A stretch of 64,000 nucleotides of DNA, taken from Psammoneis japonica (Eukaryota). Where the stretch lies: assembly GCA_008632985.1 (NCBI GenBank), contig QPGO01000039.1, positions 62,001 through 126,000 on the forward strand, given 5' to 3'. Below are positions 35,948-48,858 of this stretch, in pieces (positions within the stretch are counted from its first letter, which is position 1; each line of letters starts with the position of its first letter). A program made the position numbers and the translations under genes. The notes under the pieces were generated by a model that was not told where the DNA came from, ran no database searches, and was given only the letters and a program-made list of their open reading frames with translations.

Positions 35948-37887
35948 GATCACTCCCCATTCAGTTCCTTCGGCAAACTGCCGTGAAAGCATGGGTGCCG
36001 GGAACCAAAAATAATGCATAGATAAGAATACGAAAAGTGGAGAAGAATTTCAAGTAGAAAGCAAAGAGCGTCTCACAACCCGTGTCTCGTTAGCTTCATC
36101 TCGCTTCTTCTTTGGAGCGGAGCACTTGTGGAGTGGTTCCTTGCCTTTGCACATGGCTTATGACTTATCCAGAATTGTGTGCAATTATGCGGTCACGTTC
36201 TCGGGTTGCATAGATTATGAATTTGCTCCAAACGCTCCATGAGGGGCGCTCCTGGCGAAGGATGGCTTCTTGGAGCGTTTGAGCCGGAGTTTTCTGCCTA
36301 TCTCCAGAAGCGCCAAGACGGCGACGATCGCTAAACTGCCCATGGCGGTCGTCAAACAGCACAAAGATATCTTTGGCATAGGATAACGTACAGAGTTTTC
36401 ATATTCGTCACATGGCAAAAAGATAGTGGAGGACTTGAATCGCTCCCCTGGAGGACGCCCAACATGCGCCTGAGAAGAGTCAAGTTGTTGAGTTCGATTT
36501 CACAGCTAGATCATAAACAATCCGAACCGTTTTTTTGCCCTCTAGAGTACATCATAGATACCTCCAGGAATCAATTGGTGTGGGGATGTCGAGTGAGTCT
36601 GAAAGAGAAGCCCAAAGATTCTCTGTTGACGGATTCTGCGAAATCTGCCACAATGCGTCACAGCTTTCTCGGCTTGTACTTCTGGCAAGGTCAGCAAGGC
36701 GACACCCCAGTGCACACGTCAAGGCAGCAAAAGGTGGTGTGATGGTTGGAAAAATGAAACCATGGGAAACGCACTGGTCAACAGAGCCAAGCCAATGAAC
36801 AGGTTCATTTCCCTCATCTCTGGCCTTCCCCTCACTTTGGAATCACGTTTTCCAATGCGACCGCAGCCAGTCAATTAAGGAGACCTTGCAAAAAGGGGCA
36901 ATGCAGGAGGTTGGATGCTCAAATTTCAAATTGTTGTGCTCAAAAAATCCTGTGGGACTGCGGTGGGACTGTCCGGCAGAACTGCCCACAGGACAATCGC
37001 CATGACTCAACATGCAACATGGTGGTGCCAGTCACAGTCGACAAAATGGAAACAATTTCCCAGGCAAAGCTGCTCAACATGAGCATGCGAGTCATCTTTT
37101 TTGATGTGCAAATGAGTTGAGTGTTGTCCAAGTTGGGTCCCACATGGTCTCGGCTGTGTCCAGCAAGCTCACAAAAACATGGCACCTGCAACAAGGGTTG
37201 CGGGAGCACCCAAGTTTGCCACCCATTCAAAGGCATTGTCCACCAAAAATCGGGCTCAACAATGGACAGTGCCACCCCACCTCTGATGCTGAACACATTT
37301 GATGACAATTCTGGAACAGGAGAGACATTTTGCTCTTTGCAAAAAAACATCAACACTGGTGGCAGTTTTTTCTTTTTTACAACCCATCACACATGTGTTG
37401 TGCAGTGCATGCAGGGACAAAGCCTGCCAACAGTGACATGGAATCAAAGCTCCTCATTGTGTTGCTGTTGTTGAAGTTCAAATTGCAGTGGCCTTTAGAG
37501 TTGGGTCACAAATTTTAAAAAATTGCAAAGCTGAAAATTCCCAAACAAGTCACTGATCAAGCAAGTCCAAGTGTTGGAAAGCAGTCTGCATTGACTGCCA
37601 TGTGTTCATGTTGGTTGAGAAACAGCAAATGAGACAGGTGCAATCTTCACAGGAGTTGTGCAACATGATGTGTGTTGTCATTTTGTCTGAGAAATGGGGG
37701 CAAGAATGCTGTGACACAGGCCACAGCACTGCTCCGCTGTTTCCTCTCTTTGTCAAAACTGTCATGTGTGGCTGGGCATTCAAGTGAAATGAAGTCATCA
37801 TGGCAAGGGTGTTTGTTGCTGTGCAAAGCCACGTGGGTCCAGTGTCAGCCACAAACAAAGCACTGGGTTCTTTGCATGTGTTCCACA

Positions 37888-38870
37888 CAATGTCATGAAC
37901 ATCAAAATGCAAGTTGACAGCGAGAGTTGCTGCAGTTGAAATGACACCACACTTGCAAGTGAACCAGTTTCTGACTCACTCAGACAAAGTGGTGTGGAGC
38001 TCACCTCTCCTCATCAGTCAACTGTGTGGACCTGTTGCCCTGGCACTGGCAGAGTGTTTGGTTTCCTGTCATTGCCCACTGTGCAAGTCTCACAGCCGCC
38101 TTGTTTGTTTAAAAAATAGACATCATCTGATTGTTGCTGCATTGTGGGAGATGTGACAGCAGTGCAGGCTCAGGCTTCAGTGGTGCTGGTGCTTGCAGTT
38201 GATGCTGACATGTGTTGCAGACATGTGGTGTTGCTGACACCAATGCAAGAGCTTGTTTGGCACTCTGCAATGGGCTTGCAATCTTGGAAAATGTTGCAAT
38301 CATGGAGGGTGACTTGGACATCATAGAAATGGCAAGCAGGGCCAGTTGGCCCTCTGCTCCTCGCTGTGAAACAAGAGAGCTGCAATGTCATGAACATCAA
38401 AATGCAAGTTGACAGCAAGAGTTGCTGCAGTTGAAATGACACCACACTTGCAAGTGCACCAGTTTCTGACTCACTCAGACAAAGTGGTGTGGAGCTCACC
38501 TCTGCTCATCACTTGACTGTGTGAGCCTGTTGCCCTGGCACTGGCAGAGTGTTTGGTCTCCTGACATTGCCCACTGTGCAAGTCTCACAGTCTCACCTTG
38601 TTTGTTTAAAATGGACATCTCATCTGCATTGTGGGAGATGTGGCAGCAGTGCAGGCTCAGGCTTCAGTGGTGGTGGGGCTTGCAGTTGATGCTGACAATG
38701 TGCTGCAGACATGTGGTGTTGCTGACATCAATGCAAGAGCTTGTTTGGCATCATGCAATGGGCTTGCAACCTTGGAAAATGTTGCAGTCATGGAGGGTGA
38801 CTTGGACATCATACAAATGGCAAGCAGGGCCAGCAGGCACTCTGCTCAGGATGGAACAAGAGAGCTGCAC
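37888..38870 (+). repeat. Tandem duplication, 2 x ~495 bp
   Basis: caatgtcatgaacatcaaaatgcaagttgacagc at about 37888 and 38383; ORF starts at 38004 and 38499 are duplicated. Confidence 0.9.
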
Positions 38871-38989
38871 TTGGAACCATGCAGATTGAGAACTTGCAGG
38901 CTTTAGTTTGGCAGCTTTGTAATCATCAGAAGCACAATTTTCCATTGGATGCAGTGCAGTTTAATCAGGCAATGCTGGCAGAGGCTCAT

Positions 38990-40600
38990 CAGGGAAAGTG
39001 TGCCAAAATGATGTGGTTGGATTGGGTGTGACAGTCAGCTGTCAGCTTGTCAACTGTGTTCAAGTCAGAGGATTTTGATGTGTCAGAAGATGTGTTCTTG
39101 AATCTCTTGTCACAGAAGATTGGTGCATTAAAAGAGCCATCACAATGTGTGGTGAGGCCGGCAGCTCCTGCCATGATTGTTGATGACATTGAGGAACGCG
39201 TGCATCAGCTGGGTTTTGGTGGGCCAGTTTTCAACTTGGACAGCTGCACTGTGCATTTCCTGTTGAAAGGACACCTGGTGAACATGGAAGGATGGGCCTG
39301 GATTGAGCAGCACCATGGTGTGGAGAAAAGAAGAGACATGTTTTGGGCATTGGCTTGTCACAGCACAATGGACAGGAAGAGCTCAGCAAGCAGTGCACAC
39401 AGCTGGCATTGGCAAACACCAGGTTCTTGGTGCACTGTGAGAATGAGCAACACTTGTCATTTGAGCATCACATGGCAAAACTTGCCAGCACATTTGTGAC
39501 CTTAGAGAAAGACAAGAATGGGTGTGATGTGGAAAGGCGGAAGGATGAAATTCTCCTGTGGGAGATTGCAGCTCATGATGTCAGGCTGCAGGCTTGCACC
39601 TCTGTGATCAGTCAACAGTCTTTGGCCACAAGACTTTGACCAATGGAACAGCCTGGCTAGAGATCTGACATTGTTCAAAGAACAAAACATCAGAAACATG
39701 CTGCCATGATGGAAACCCAGGTGCAGGCTTTGCCAGAGGTGGTGGTCATGGTCCCCAAGGTGGTCAAGACCACAGACTGGGAAGAGACAGCAAAGGCCAC
39801 AGCAGGGGATGCTTTGGACAAGGCACAGTGATCAACTGAGTGGATGTGGCAGATCTCCCTTGCTCATTTTTCCCAGATGAGTGGCAATGATTGAGATTTG
39901 ATGGTGGTCAAGTGTGCATCATCGTGCAAGCTCTTGAACACAATTTGGTTGAGGACAACAGGGTTGCGGCAATTCTGGCATGGATGACAAGTGGCAGGTG
40001 GTGCACACCAGCGTGCAGATGAGTCAAAGAGCAGCAGCAGGTTTGACATCCAACAATGCCTCAAATGCAGGATGTGGAAGAGGATGAGAAATTGACAAGG
40101 GTGGCAGGAATGGAGCAGTGTTTGGTCATGGTGCGGCGGTGTCAGCATTGTCCACATGTTGTGAGCATGCAATTGCTTTGTCTTTGCTGCTGACACTGTT
40201 CAATCTCAACCCCATCCAATGTCAAAACAAGCTGCTGCAGGGTTTTGGTGACCTCCAAGCAATTGATGCAGTCCCTGGCCACATTTCCATGATGAATGTG
40301 ACACCCATGCAGACACTTGTTGTGCAGGAGTGAATTGGATGCCAATGGAAATGACTGATGAAGTGTGTGAAGCAAGTCTGTTGTGGCAGTCAAGCAGTTT
40401 CCCACAGCACATTGCTGTGGTGCAAATTGGACAGATCCAGATGCAATGAACAAAAGTGTCTCTTGAGTTGGTGAATGGATGCTGCGGCTTGGGCAACAAA
40501 AATGGAACATTCCATGATCAACCTGAGTCAGCTGTGAGCATGCAACATCCTTGTGAATGACAACCCTTGCAGCCCTCAAAACAGTTTTGGAGGTGCATCA
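38990..40600 (+). mobile_element. Copia gag and protease remnant
   Basis: GPVFNLDSCTVHFLLK...EGWAWIE...; HCENEQHLSFEHH; ECDTHADTCCAG (about 40295-40330). Confidence 0.8.
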
Positions 40601-40917
40601 ATGGAGGAAGCTTGCACCCCTTTTCACACCACTGGGGGTGACCTGGGGTGCAACTTCAAAAGGATGCAACGCAGCAGCTGAAGAAGGCAGTGACAAAAGG
40701 TTGGGAGCCATTGGCAGCATGGGGAAGGATGGCAGCTCCTGTTGTGGGTCAAGCAAGCTGAAAGATGTCAAGAACTCCAACCATCAAGTGGAAGTGACAG
40801 AGCACACAGTGGCAAATTGAGTCATCATTGATGAACCAGCACTTGCTTGGTGGGTGCCCCCATGTTTCAAGGATGCCTGGAATTGGATCATGTCAAAAGT
40901 CAAGTCAAAGCATCAGA

Positions 40918-41829
40918 GACTTGTTCCAGACTTAGGTGCCCTCACGCGCGAAAAAATGACCCTTTTCGCATGAAACGCGCGGTCCACACTTGCGGCACCA
41001 TTTTCGATAGTAAAAACATAACAATTTTCAAATGTGTTGTTATGGGTACATACAGAAAGGTCTTGTGCGTGTACCCATGTATTCGAAACTGTGGATGGAC
41101 TCAGTTATTAGTCCCTAAATTGTACCGTAAGTTGAGAGCTCTGTTTTCCGAGGAGCGATTTATAGATGTCTAAATGTGTGTAGAAACGTATAAAATATTA
41201 TTCTTATATATAAATGAACCCTCTAACATAACATAATTAATCTTTGGTTACAATGCGCGAATACAACTTTGATTTCAACGGATCGAATAAAACATACGTT
41301 GATTGATAAGTTTTGGACGACGTGAGAAGAAGGGTAGCTCAGCCCACGCAATGGCGTCGACTTCGGACCATTTTTCACTGTTTAAGAGGCATAAACGATT
41401 GAGACACTTGAATCCGTCGAATATATTGAGGAAGTGTACATGGTAATGGCAAAGAAATGGTCCTTAGAGGCAAATTGTGAGTGAATTGAGGCTCAATTGT
41501 TGTTGCTGACAGATTTAGTATTATTGTGCCGCGCTGCAACCTGTAACAAGCATTTTCACTATTGTTGTTGATGCCATAGACTATGTCAAATACGGAGGTC
41601 CTCGTCATGACATTAAATTTTCCACAAGGCTGAAAAAAGTGGGCCGTCATGGTCACTGAAAGCCATGGCCGGTTTGGCTGTTTGTTTGTTCGAGTTTATT
41701 CTGTTTATTTTACTTAAAAGCAATTGATATGATCAATATAATGAAATATGTACGATGTTGTATAAAGCATAAAAAAATTGTTTTCTGCGAAAAGGGGCAT
41801 GTGCGCGCCACCTAAGTCTGGAACAAGTC
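40918..41829. mobile_element. 912-bp non-autonomous DNA transposon, 21-bp perfect TIRs, 4-bp TSD (caga)
   Basis: gacttgttccagacttaggtg (40918-40938) and cacctaagtctggaacaagtc (41809-41829); caga at 40914-40917 and 41830-41833; excision restores the copia frame KHQRTANKFWIKLPKS. Confidence 0.92.
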
Positions 41830-41833
41830 CAGA

Positions 41834-43400
41834 GGACTGCAAACAAGTTTTGGATCAAACTGCCAAAGAGCATTGTTGGAGCACTGCAGATTGACCACAA
41901 GATGGGGACAGACTGTTGGGCCAGAATGACCAACAAGGAGATGACCAAAGCAAAGGTTGCATGGGAGAAGCATGAAGGAGAGACTCCACAACAAGTTTGG
42001 GAAGGAAGGAGCGAGATGCTGCGCAGGGATGTCAGGAGATGCAGCATCATGTTGTGATGTTTTGTGTCAAAATGGATTTCACATGGAAGGCCAGGTTTGC
42101 AGCTGGAGAGGTCACATGCTACAAAAGCACCAGATTCAATTGCATGCTCAAGCATCATTTCAAGGAACAGCACTCAAATTGTGCTTTTAGGTTGGCAGCT
42201 TTGAATGATGTGGACACAACTGCAATCAACTTAGAGAGTGCTTGCTTCAGCGCACCATGCACTGAGAAGATCTGGTTTGAAGGTGGCAGGACCAAGTGTG
42301 GTGAGTTCAAAGGGTGTGCGTCAGTTGTCATGAGAGCACTTTGTAGATTGAAGAGTTCAGGGTTTTTGTGGTGAGCAGCATTTGCTTCTGCTTTGCGAGA
42401 CATGGGTTTTGACCAATGTGTGCAGACCCTGATGTGTGCTTGTGAGCAGCAACTTGTGAAGACAGACAAGAGAGCAGTGCAGTGTCACACCAAGGAAGGT
42501 TGGTTGTCAAGTCTGTTGCTGCATGTTGCAAGATCAAGCCTGGGAGCAAAGGTGAGTCCAAGACTTGCCTGGGAGCAATGACAAAGAAGACTCATGTGAA
42601 GGATGGTTGAATGATTTGGAGCTGTTTGCCAAAGGATTGCATGAAGAGTGCAATCAAGACAGTGGAAGACTTGCTGAACAAAGATGGAGATGGTGCAGTT
42701 CTAAAGAATGATGATTGTCTGAAGTGTCTTTGCTTTTTCAACATCAAGCAAATCCAAGGAAGTGTCATTTGGAAGCTTTGTGCCCCATGTTTGCATGCAT
42801 GAAGAAGCACCTGAGCAGGGGGAGAACTGGCTTTAATTCCACAAATCCCAAGATTGACACCTCTGTGTTTGGCACTGCAGCAGATTGGACCAAGTTCTGT
42901 GGCAACATTCTTGAGGAAGAACTGCCACCCAAGATGCCTCAACCATGCGACAATCCAGCAACAGTGCAAACCTTTGTTGACTTGAGTCATGCTGGCAATG
43001 TTGCCATGCACAGGCTGCACTCTAGTGTCATCATCTTTTTGAATGGCTCCCTGATCATGTGGTTCAGCAAGTGGCAGAATGTGGTTGCATCCTCTGTGTG
43101 TTTGGCAGCGAGTTGGTTGTGACATGCATTTGCAAGGACATGGTTGTTGTGTTGCAATTTGCACATGTTTGGAGCACCAACTGATGGACCGGTGAATGTG
43201 TTTTGTGACAATCACAGTGTGGCAAGGAGCACCAGCATCCCAGAATCTGTGCAGCACAAGAAGCACAATGTGGTCAATTGTCACACAGTGAGAGAGGCAG
43301 CTGCAGCTTGAGCTGTTGAAGTTGGAAAAGAGGATGTGGAGACAAACTTGGTGGGTCCATTGACAAAGCTTGTGACAGGTGAAAAGCATTGGCAGCTGTG
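41834..43400 (+). mobile_element. Copia reverse transcriptase and RNase H remnant
   Basis: GCQE...VKMDFTWKARFAAG; LAALND; ESACFSAPCTEKIWFEGG; RALCRLKSSG; VDLSHAGN; WFSKWQNVV. Confidence 0.92.
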
Positions 43401-44921
43401 TCCATTCCTGCTCTGGTGGCAGCGGTCTTTTGTTGCCAGGGTCCAGGACCTCCTGCAGCTTGCCCTCATGCCCTGCAACCTCTCAAGCCAGACCAGATGG
43501 CAGCAACAAGTTGGGTTTGTGCCTCATCTCTTGATGAGAGAGTGTTTTCAGTGGATGGGCCACCACAGTCTTGGTGGTCATTCATGGGGACCAAAAAAGC
43601 CCAAGTGAAGTGGTCTGCAGTTGAGGCTTTGCAGAAGTTGTGCAGATGTGTGTGTGTGTCCCCATTGTGCTGGAGAGACAGGGGCAAAAATGCTGTGGCA
43701 CAAGCTGCAGCACTGCACCACCATTCATTCATGATGACACCAGAATGTTTTCATTGATGTTGAAAACTGTGCATTTTTGAAGGATGTGTTTCATCTGGCA
43801 GGTCTGTTTCCTGTGCTTTTTGCCATCCTTTCTGATGTTCACTGACCACTCAGTCAAGTGATCTAAATGTTTTGTTGACATTGAAAGTGTGTGGGTCTGT
43901 GTGACCTCACTTGTGAGTGAGCAATCTCACAAGTGAGTGAGTGAGTGAGTGGGCAGCTCTGAGTTTGATCACAGGGGTGTGCACCTTCATTGTGCAAAAT
44001 CCAGATTGGGTTTGGAGTTTGTGTGTGAGTGCAGCAAATTTAGCATCAACATGTTCGTGAGCTTTGAGGGGGTCAGGACCTTGCACAATGACTCTGCTGC
44101 AGAAAGGATGAAATTTTGTGCTGCTGTCCATCAATGTTTTGTGATTCTTCAAACATGAGCGCCATGCAGCAATGGCAAAAGGGCACACAACAACTGCTTT
44201 TTATTTGCACCCTTGTTTCTGAATGTTTCTTTGGTCTTGCACATGCACACACCTGACAAGTTGCCTGCTGTTTGTTTGCAACATCATTTCTGAACATGTG
44301 CGCCACTCCACTCCACCCCTCATGCCACCCCACCCCTCCACTGCTCCACCCGCTGACCACCCATTGCAGCACACATCATTCGGTGACTTGTTTGCAATTT
44401 TTGAAAGGCACTCAAATTGCCTCTGAAAGAGAACACTCTGTGCTCACTCTGCTGCAAACGCTCTGTTCAAAACAGACAAATGCTCAATGTGGGACATCGG
44501 GCACCTTGCTGCAAAATGGCTTGGTGTGCTCAGAACAAAGAAAGAGAAGCACTTTGCAGATGAGCAGGAGGTTTGTGCTCTTTGGACCCAGCACCTTGAG
44601 CAACAGAGTCAACCACAGTGTTTCCAGGGCTGCGCGAGTTCTTGCGTGCAATGACTTCAGCACCGCTCTCTTCTTTGCTTTGCGTGTGTCTTCTTCTTGG
44701 TGCCAGCTCTGTCCTCCTTTCTTGTTCATTTGTTGTGATTGTTTTGCAGCACAGGTGCTTCCACTCATTCTCATTCAGCTGGCAGGTGGTGAGCTGGCCT
44801 TGCATGTGAAACATGTTTCGTAGAAAGAGTTCGCAAATTCGCAAATTCGAGCTCGTACTGGGCGGATCTTTTTCAGAATAGAGAAAAAGATCTTCTCCAA
44901 AATTCCCCAAGAACTTCTGCC

Positions 44922-46268
44922 ATGGCGCAAGACAGTAGTAGGCCCATGCACAACTTGGTGTTGCTCGCGAGTCCGCCTCGTGTGGAAGCTCTCTTCAATT
45001 GGCTTAAGGCTAGGAGGATTGATTATGTCAAGGACGTTACCCTGGTCACCACCGAAACTCTTGCCAAGCGTCTCGCCGCCGACGATCTCTTATCGTCCCT
45101 TCCCGTCAAACAAGTGCCCGACATTAGTTCGGGTGGCGACATTCATCTCGCCAAGCTCATTTTGGACGGTGACGCGGATGGAGTCATTTATCTGCACGAC
45201 CCACAACTGACTTCTGTAGAAGAACCGGATTTGAAACTTTTGTTGCGTGCTTGCGACATTGCGGACAATACACCCCTTGCGCTGAATGAGGCTTCCGCCG
45301 AGATGACGCTCCGAGCCTTCTCGACGACTCGTCGTGCCTATCTCATTTTCAACCCCGTTGCGGGTCAGCGCGATCCCAACGACGATCTGGCTATCATTCG
45401 TAAATCCCTCGAACCGCACATGGTTCTGACCATCATCATGACGAAACCCAATGTGGAGGCAGCCGACCAAGCTAAGGATGTCATTAAAGTGATTCAGTCA
45501 AGCCAAACGACAGAATACGAGTCGAGCGCCATGATTATTGCTTCGGGTGGAGATGGAAAGGTCTCTGCCATTGCAGGCGCCACCATTGGAACCGGCATCC
45601 CGTTTGGGGTTATTCCCCGTGGCACCGCAAATGCCTTTTCGGTTGCGCTGGGAATTCCTGTAGACTGCGAAGGAGCCTGTCGCAATCTTGTCAATGGCAA
45701 CATTCGTGTGATTGACGGCGCCATGTGCAATGACATTCCAATGGTTCTGCTGGCCGGTTTGGGCTTTGAAGCCGGAATGGTAGAAAATGCACCCCGTGAG
45801 TTAAAGGACAAGGTCGGTTGCTTGGCCTATGTCTTGGGTGGCGCTCAGCAGGTGGTGATGGGGAACACATTCAAGTGCACGGTGGAAATCGACGGCAAAG
45901 AAGTTACGGAAATGGAAACCGGAGCCGTTACGGTTGCCAACGTTGCGCCGCCCACGTCGGTTCTTTCGCAAGGATTCGGAGACGTGATTCCAGATGACGG
46001 TTTGTTGGAGGTTACCATTTCCACGGCCACCAGTTTCGTACAGGGTTTGGAACACATGGCTGCCCTTTTGACAGCGGCCGTCGTGAAGCAACCCACCAAT
46101 GCGGTTGGACTGTTGTGTGTCCGTGCCAAGACTGTAAAGGTCGCGTGCGACCCGCCACAGAAAGTTGTGATTGATGGCGAAATGTTGGAAATGAATCCGA
46201 TTACATTTCAGGTCTTGCCCAAAGCCCTCAAGGTAGTGTGCCCACCAGCCGAGTCAAAGGACGAGTAA
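44922..46268 (+). CDS. Methylglyoxal-synthase-like domain fused to a YegS/BmrU-type diacylglycerol/lipid kinase (448 aa)
   Basis: N-terminus GGDIHLAKLI.DG...VIYLHDP...EPDLKLLLRACD...PLALN.ASA (MGS fold); C-terminus IFNPVAG, ASGGDG, IPRGTANAF, DDGLLEV, IDGE; single open frame. Confidence 0.88.
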   Translation: MAQDSSRPMHNLVLLASPPRVEALFNWLKARRIDYVKDVTLVTTETLAKRLAADDLLSSLPVKQVPDISSGGDIHLAKLILDGDADGVIYLHDPQLTSVEEPDLKLLLRACDIADNTPLALNEASAEMTLRAFSTTRRAYLIFNPVAGQRDPNDDLAIIRKSLEPHMVLTIIMTKPNVEAADQAKDVIKVIQSSQTTEYESSAMIIASGGDGKVSAIAGATIGTGIPFGVIPRGTANAFSVALGIPVDCEGACRNLVNGNIRVIDGAMCNDIPMVLLAGLGFEAGMVENAPRELKDKVGCLAYVLGGAQQVVMGNTFKCTVEIDGKEVTEMETGAVTVANVAPPTSVLSQGFGDVIPDDGLLEVTISTATSFVQGLEHMAALLTAAVVKQPTNAVGLLCVRAKTVKVACDPPQKVVIDGEMLEMNPITFQVLPKALKVVCPPAESKDE

Positions 46269-46699
46269 TAGCTTGGGATATGCCCATGCAGGTTATCGAT
46301 ATGCGATGAATGTATGTTGACGTTGGTGTGTTGCAATCCCTCCTGCCTGTTCCACAAGCAATCACCATTATGCCACTTTCTTCTTGGAAGCTGTAGTACG
46401 CGTATTCTAGAGTCTCTTACATATGGACTTACACATACTTTACACGTAAAAAAAATTACGACGTGGCTATGCGAAGGCGTCGTTGAGGCATGTATTTGCC
46501 TTTGCGTCGCTTTTGTAATACGCCTGGTAGTCTTCGTGCAGATTATTTATGATGACAGTACCAATCGTCAATGAAGCTTCTGAGGGGGCTCAGCGTCGCT
46601 TGAGAATGTACATGTCTTATCGTCTTTCTGTACAGGCTAAATTATTTGTGTGCACATCGTCAATGTCCGTGGAAGGTCTTTGCAAATGTGTTTGCCCAA

Positions 46700-48730
46700 T
46701 GCACGCAATCTACTTTGGGGGGTCATAACAAGGGTTTCATGCATCTCAAAATGGCCATTGAGAGTGAAAGACCCCTGATCTCCCAGATCTGGGTAAAGAC
46801 GTTTCAGGTTGGGGATTGGTGCTGGAGTCACAGTGCTGTCCATTCTTTCATTGGTGTGGGTTCTGGTGGCACTGGAACACAGCTCCATTTCAGCTGAAAC
46901 ACATGTTGATTTATCTCAGCTGCAAAGTTCATCACAATGCAGAGGCCTTTCTGAAGCCATGTCCTCCAGGAGTCAGGACTTCCAGAGAGTGAGGAACTTT
47001 TCTTTTGAGCAACATTTCAGTGGGCATGTTTAATTTCAATTTGACTTTGCACGCGGCAGATTTCAGAAGAATCTTGGCAAGTGCAAGCACCAAGACACAT
47101 TGAAAAAGGACAGAAACCCTTTTTTTGACACACAAACAAATTGGTGTGCAGTGGCATCAGATGTGTCTGTTCAGTCCTTGCTCATGTCACCTTGTTGACT
47201 GTGATTAAGCACTCACCAACTTTCTTCTGTCAGAATGTTGCCCTGTCACCAACATGTGCCATCCACTGCAAGAAAACAAGGCACAAAGCTTTGGTGCATT
47301 TCATGCATCCATCTCTCTTTTACAGATTTGTCTTTGCACCAGCTCCAAGTCAACACTTGGAAAAGCTTGCTTTCATGGTTGTTTTGCTGGTGCTGAAGCA
47401 AAATGCTGTCCAAGGATTGCCTTTTTTGTTGTTTGTTCATGTTTTCTGATGCAGCGTCAACCACACAACATGGAGTCCTTTTTCCACCCATGTCTTTCAC
47501 ATTGACCAGGAGCTCCAAAAAAAAAGAGTCAATGTTTCTGTGAGTGTTCCTTCTACTTTTTCATTCAAGTTCAATCTGCCTTTGCATGCTGGAGGGCTCA
47601 GATGTGCACGTTGGCCAAACAGCCATGGCAAAGACAAGAACATTCAGAAACAAAAATTCCAGCCAAAATTGCCTTTTTGATGTGTTCTCTCACCTTTGCT
47701 GGAGCAGCTTTAAAAATTTCAAAATGAGTGTTGTTTCCCATGACATCTTGTCATTGCTGACCATGATGCTGTGAGAAACAGTGCCTCACTCTCACAGCAA
47801 AAGCAACAAAGTGCATGCCATCAAAACGGGAAAAATGCTCGGCAGCTGGAGCAACCATGAAAAATTGTCGCAAATGAGAGCAACAGTGATGCTGACTCAA
47901 GTGCCACATGTGCTGGAATCTTTGCAACTGAGCTTCTGTTGGCTTCAAGGAAACACTCATGTTTTTCATCCAGTTGCTTGGGGCGCAGCACCCAGATGTG
48001 TGGGAGTTTAGCCTTTTGCAAAAAAAAAAAACAGAGATCTGTTTTGCACAGAGATCTTTTTTGCTCTTTTCTTAACTTTCAGATGCAAGAGCCCAAACAC
48101 CAGCCATTTGAAGGGGGGGCATTTGCCGCTGTTGTTCTTTGCCCTTTCTTGTGCGGGTTTGCTGGCTCACGTCATCGCCAACTTTGGGGGTGCTCGATTG
48201 CAACCACTTGGACACAGATTGAAGACCAGCAAGAGACAACAGTCTGTGCCTTTCCCTGTGTGAGTGGGAGGCTGTCTTCTGTGATCTGCTTTTGCATGGC
48301 TTGTTTGGCACACAGGCAGTGCGAGCCTGCAAGCGCTGCCAAAGCCGCGGCAGCAAGCTCGTTTTTTTCTTTCCTCAACATTGCACTCCAGCACACTGAC
48401 GAGTCAAGAATTGGTTTTTGCTTGCAGCCTGCACCAACCACCCTTTGCAGCTCTCTGGCCAAAGCTCTTGCTCCGGGTTCCCCAGACATGCAAGCTTTGG
48501 CTGAAGTCTGGTGTTCGTGGCCTGCACCACAATCCAGCCAGAGAGGGGCAGAGCTCATCCAAGAGCACCTCAGACACTTGAGGAAAGACAGTCAGAGAGC
48601 AACACTGCAGAGGGCAATGGACCCATCGATTGGACCAACATTTTTCCCATTTTTGAGATGTGGGCAGCACAGTGCAGCTTTCACTTTCACAACATTTTGT
48701 CCATGGCAGTGTCGACACGATGCTGTAAAA
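46700..48730. mobile_element. Decayed repeat block, family unresolved
   Basis: CpG/TpA-depleted; no coherent ORF. Confidence 0.5.
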
Positions 48731-48858
48731 GCTAGCACGTGACATCGTGACGCATTGAAGGGTTTGACGCGCAACGACCGCACGCTGCGATTTCAGATTT
48801 CTGACAACGTTTGTTCTGCTTCTCGATTGCTCTCTTGAACCATGATATGCAATCTCAT

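Larger units (their letters stand above)
36700..44820. mobile_element. Decayed repeat block containing a fragmented CoDi-type copia
   Basis: CpG/TpA eroded except 40918-41829; gag, protease, RT and RNase H motifs in copia order. Confidence 0.85.

Noticed and set aside
35980..36030. Possible SECIS (GUGA...AGAU) after the LamG-like gene
   Set aside because: Helix II has only about 4 good pairs, and the TGA sits at a Trp-like rather than Cys-like position.
36060..36700. Short ORFs in uneroded sequence
   Set aside because: No recognisable domain or consistent splice model.
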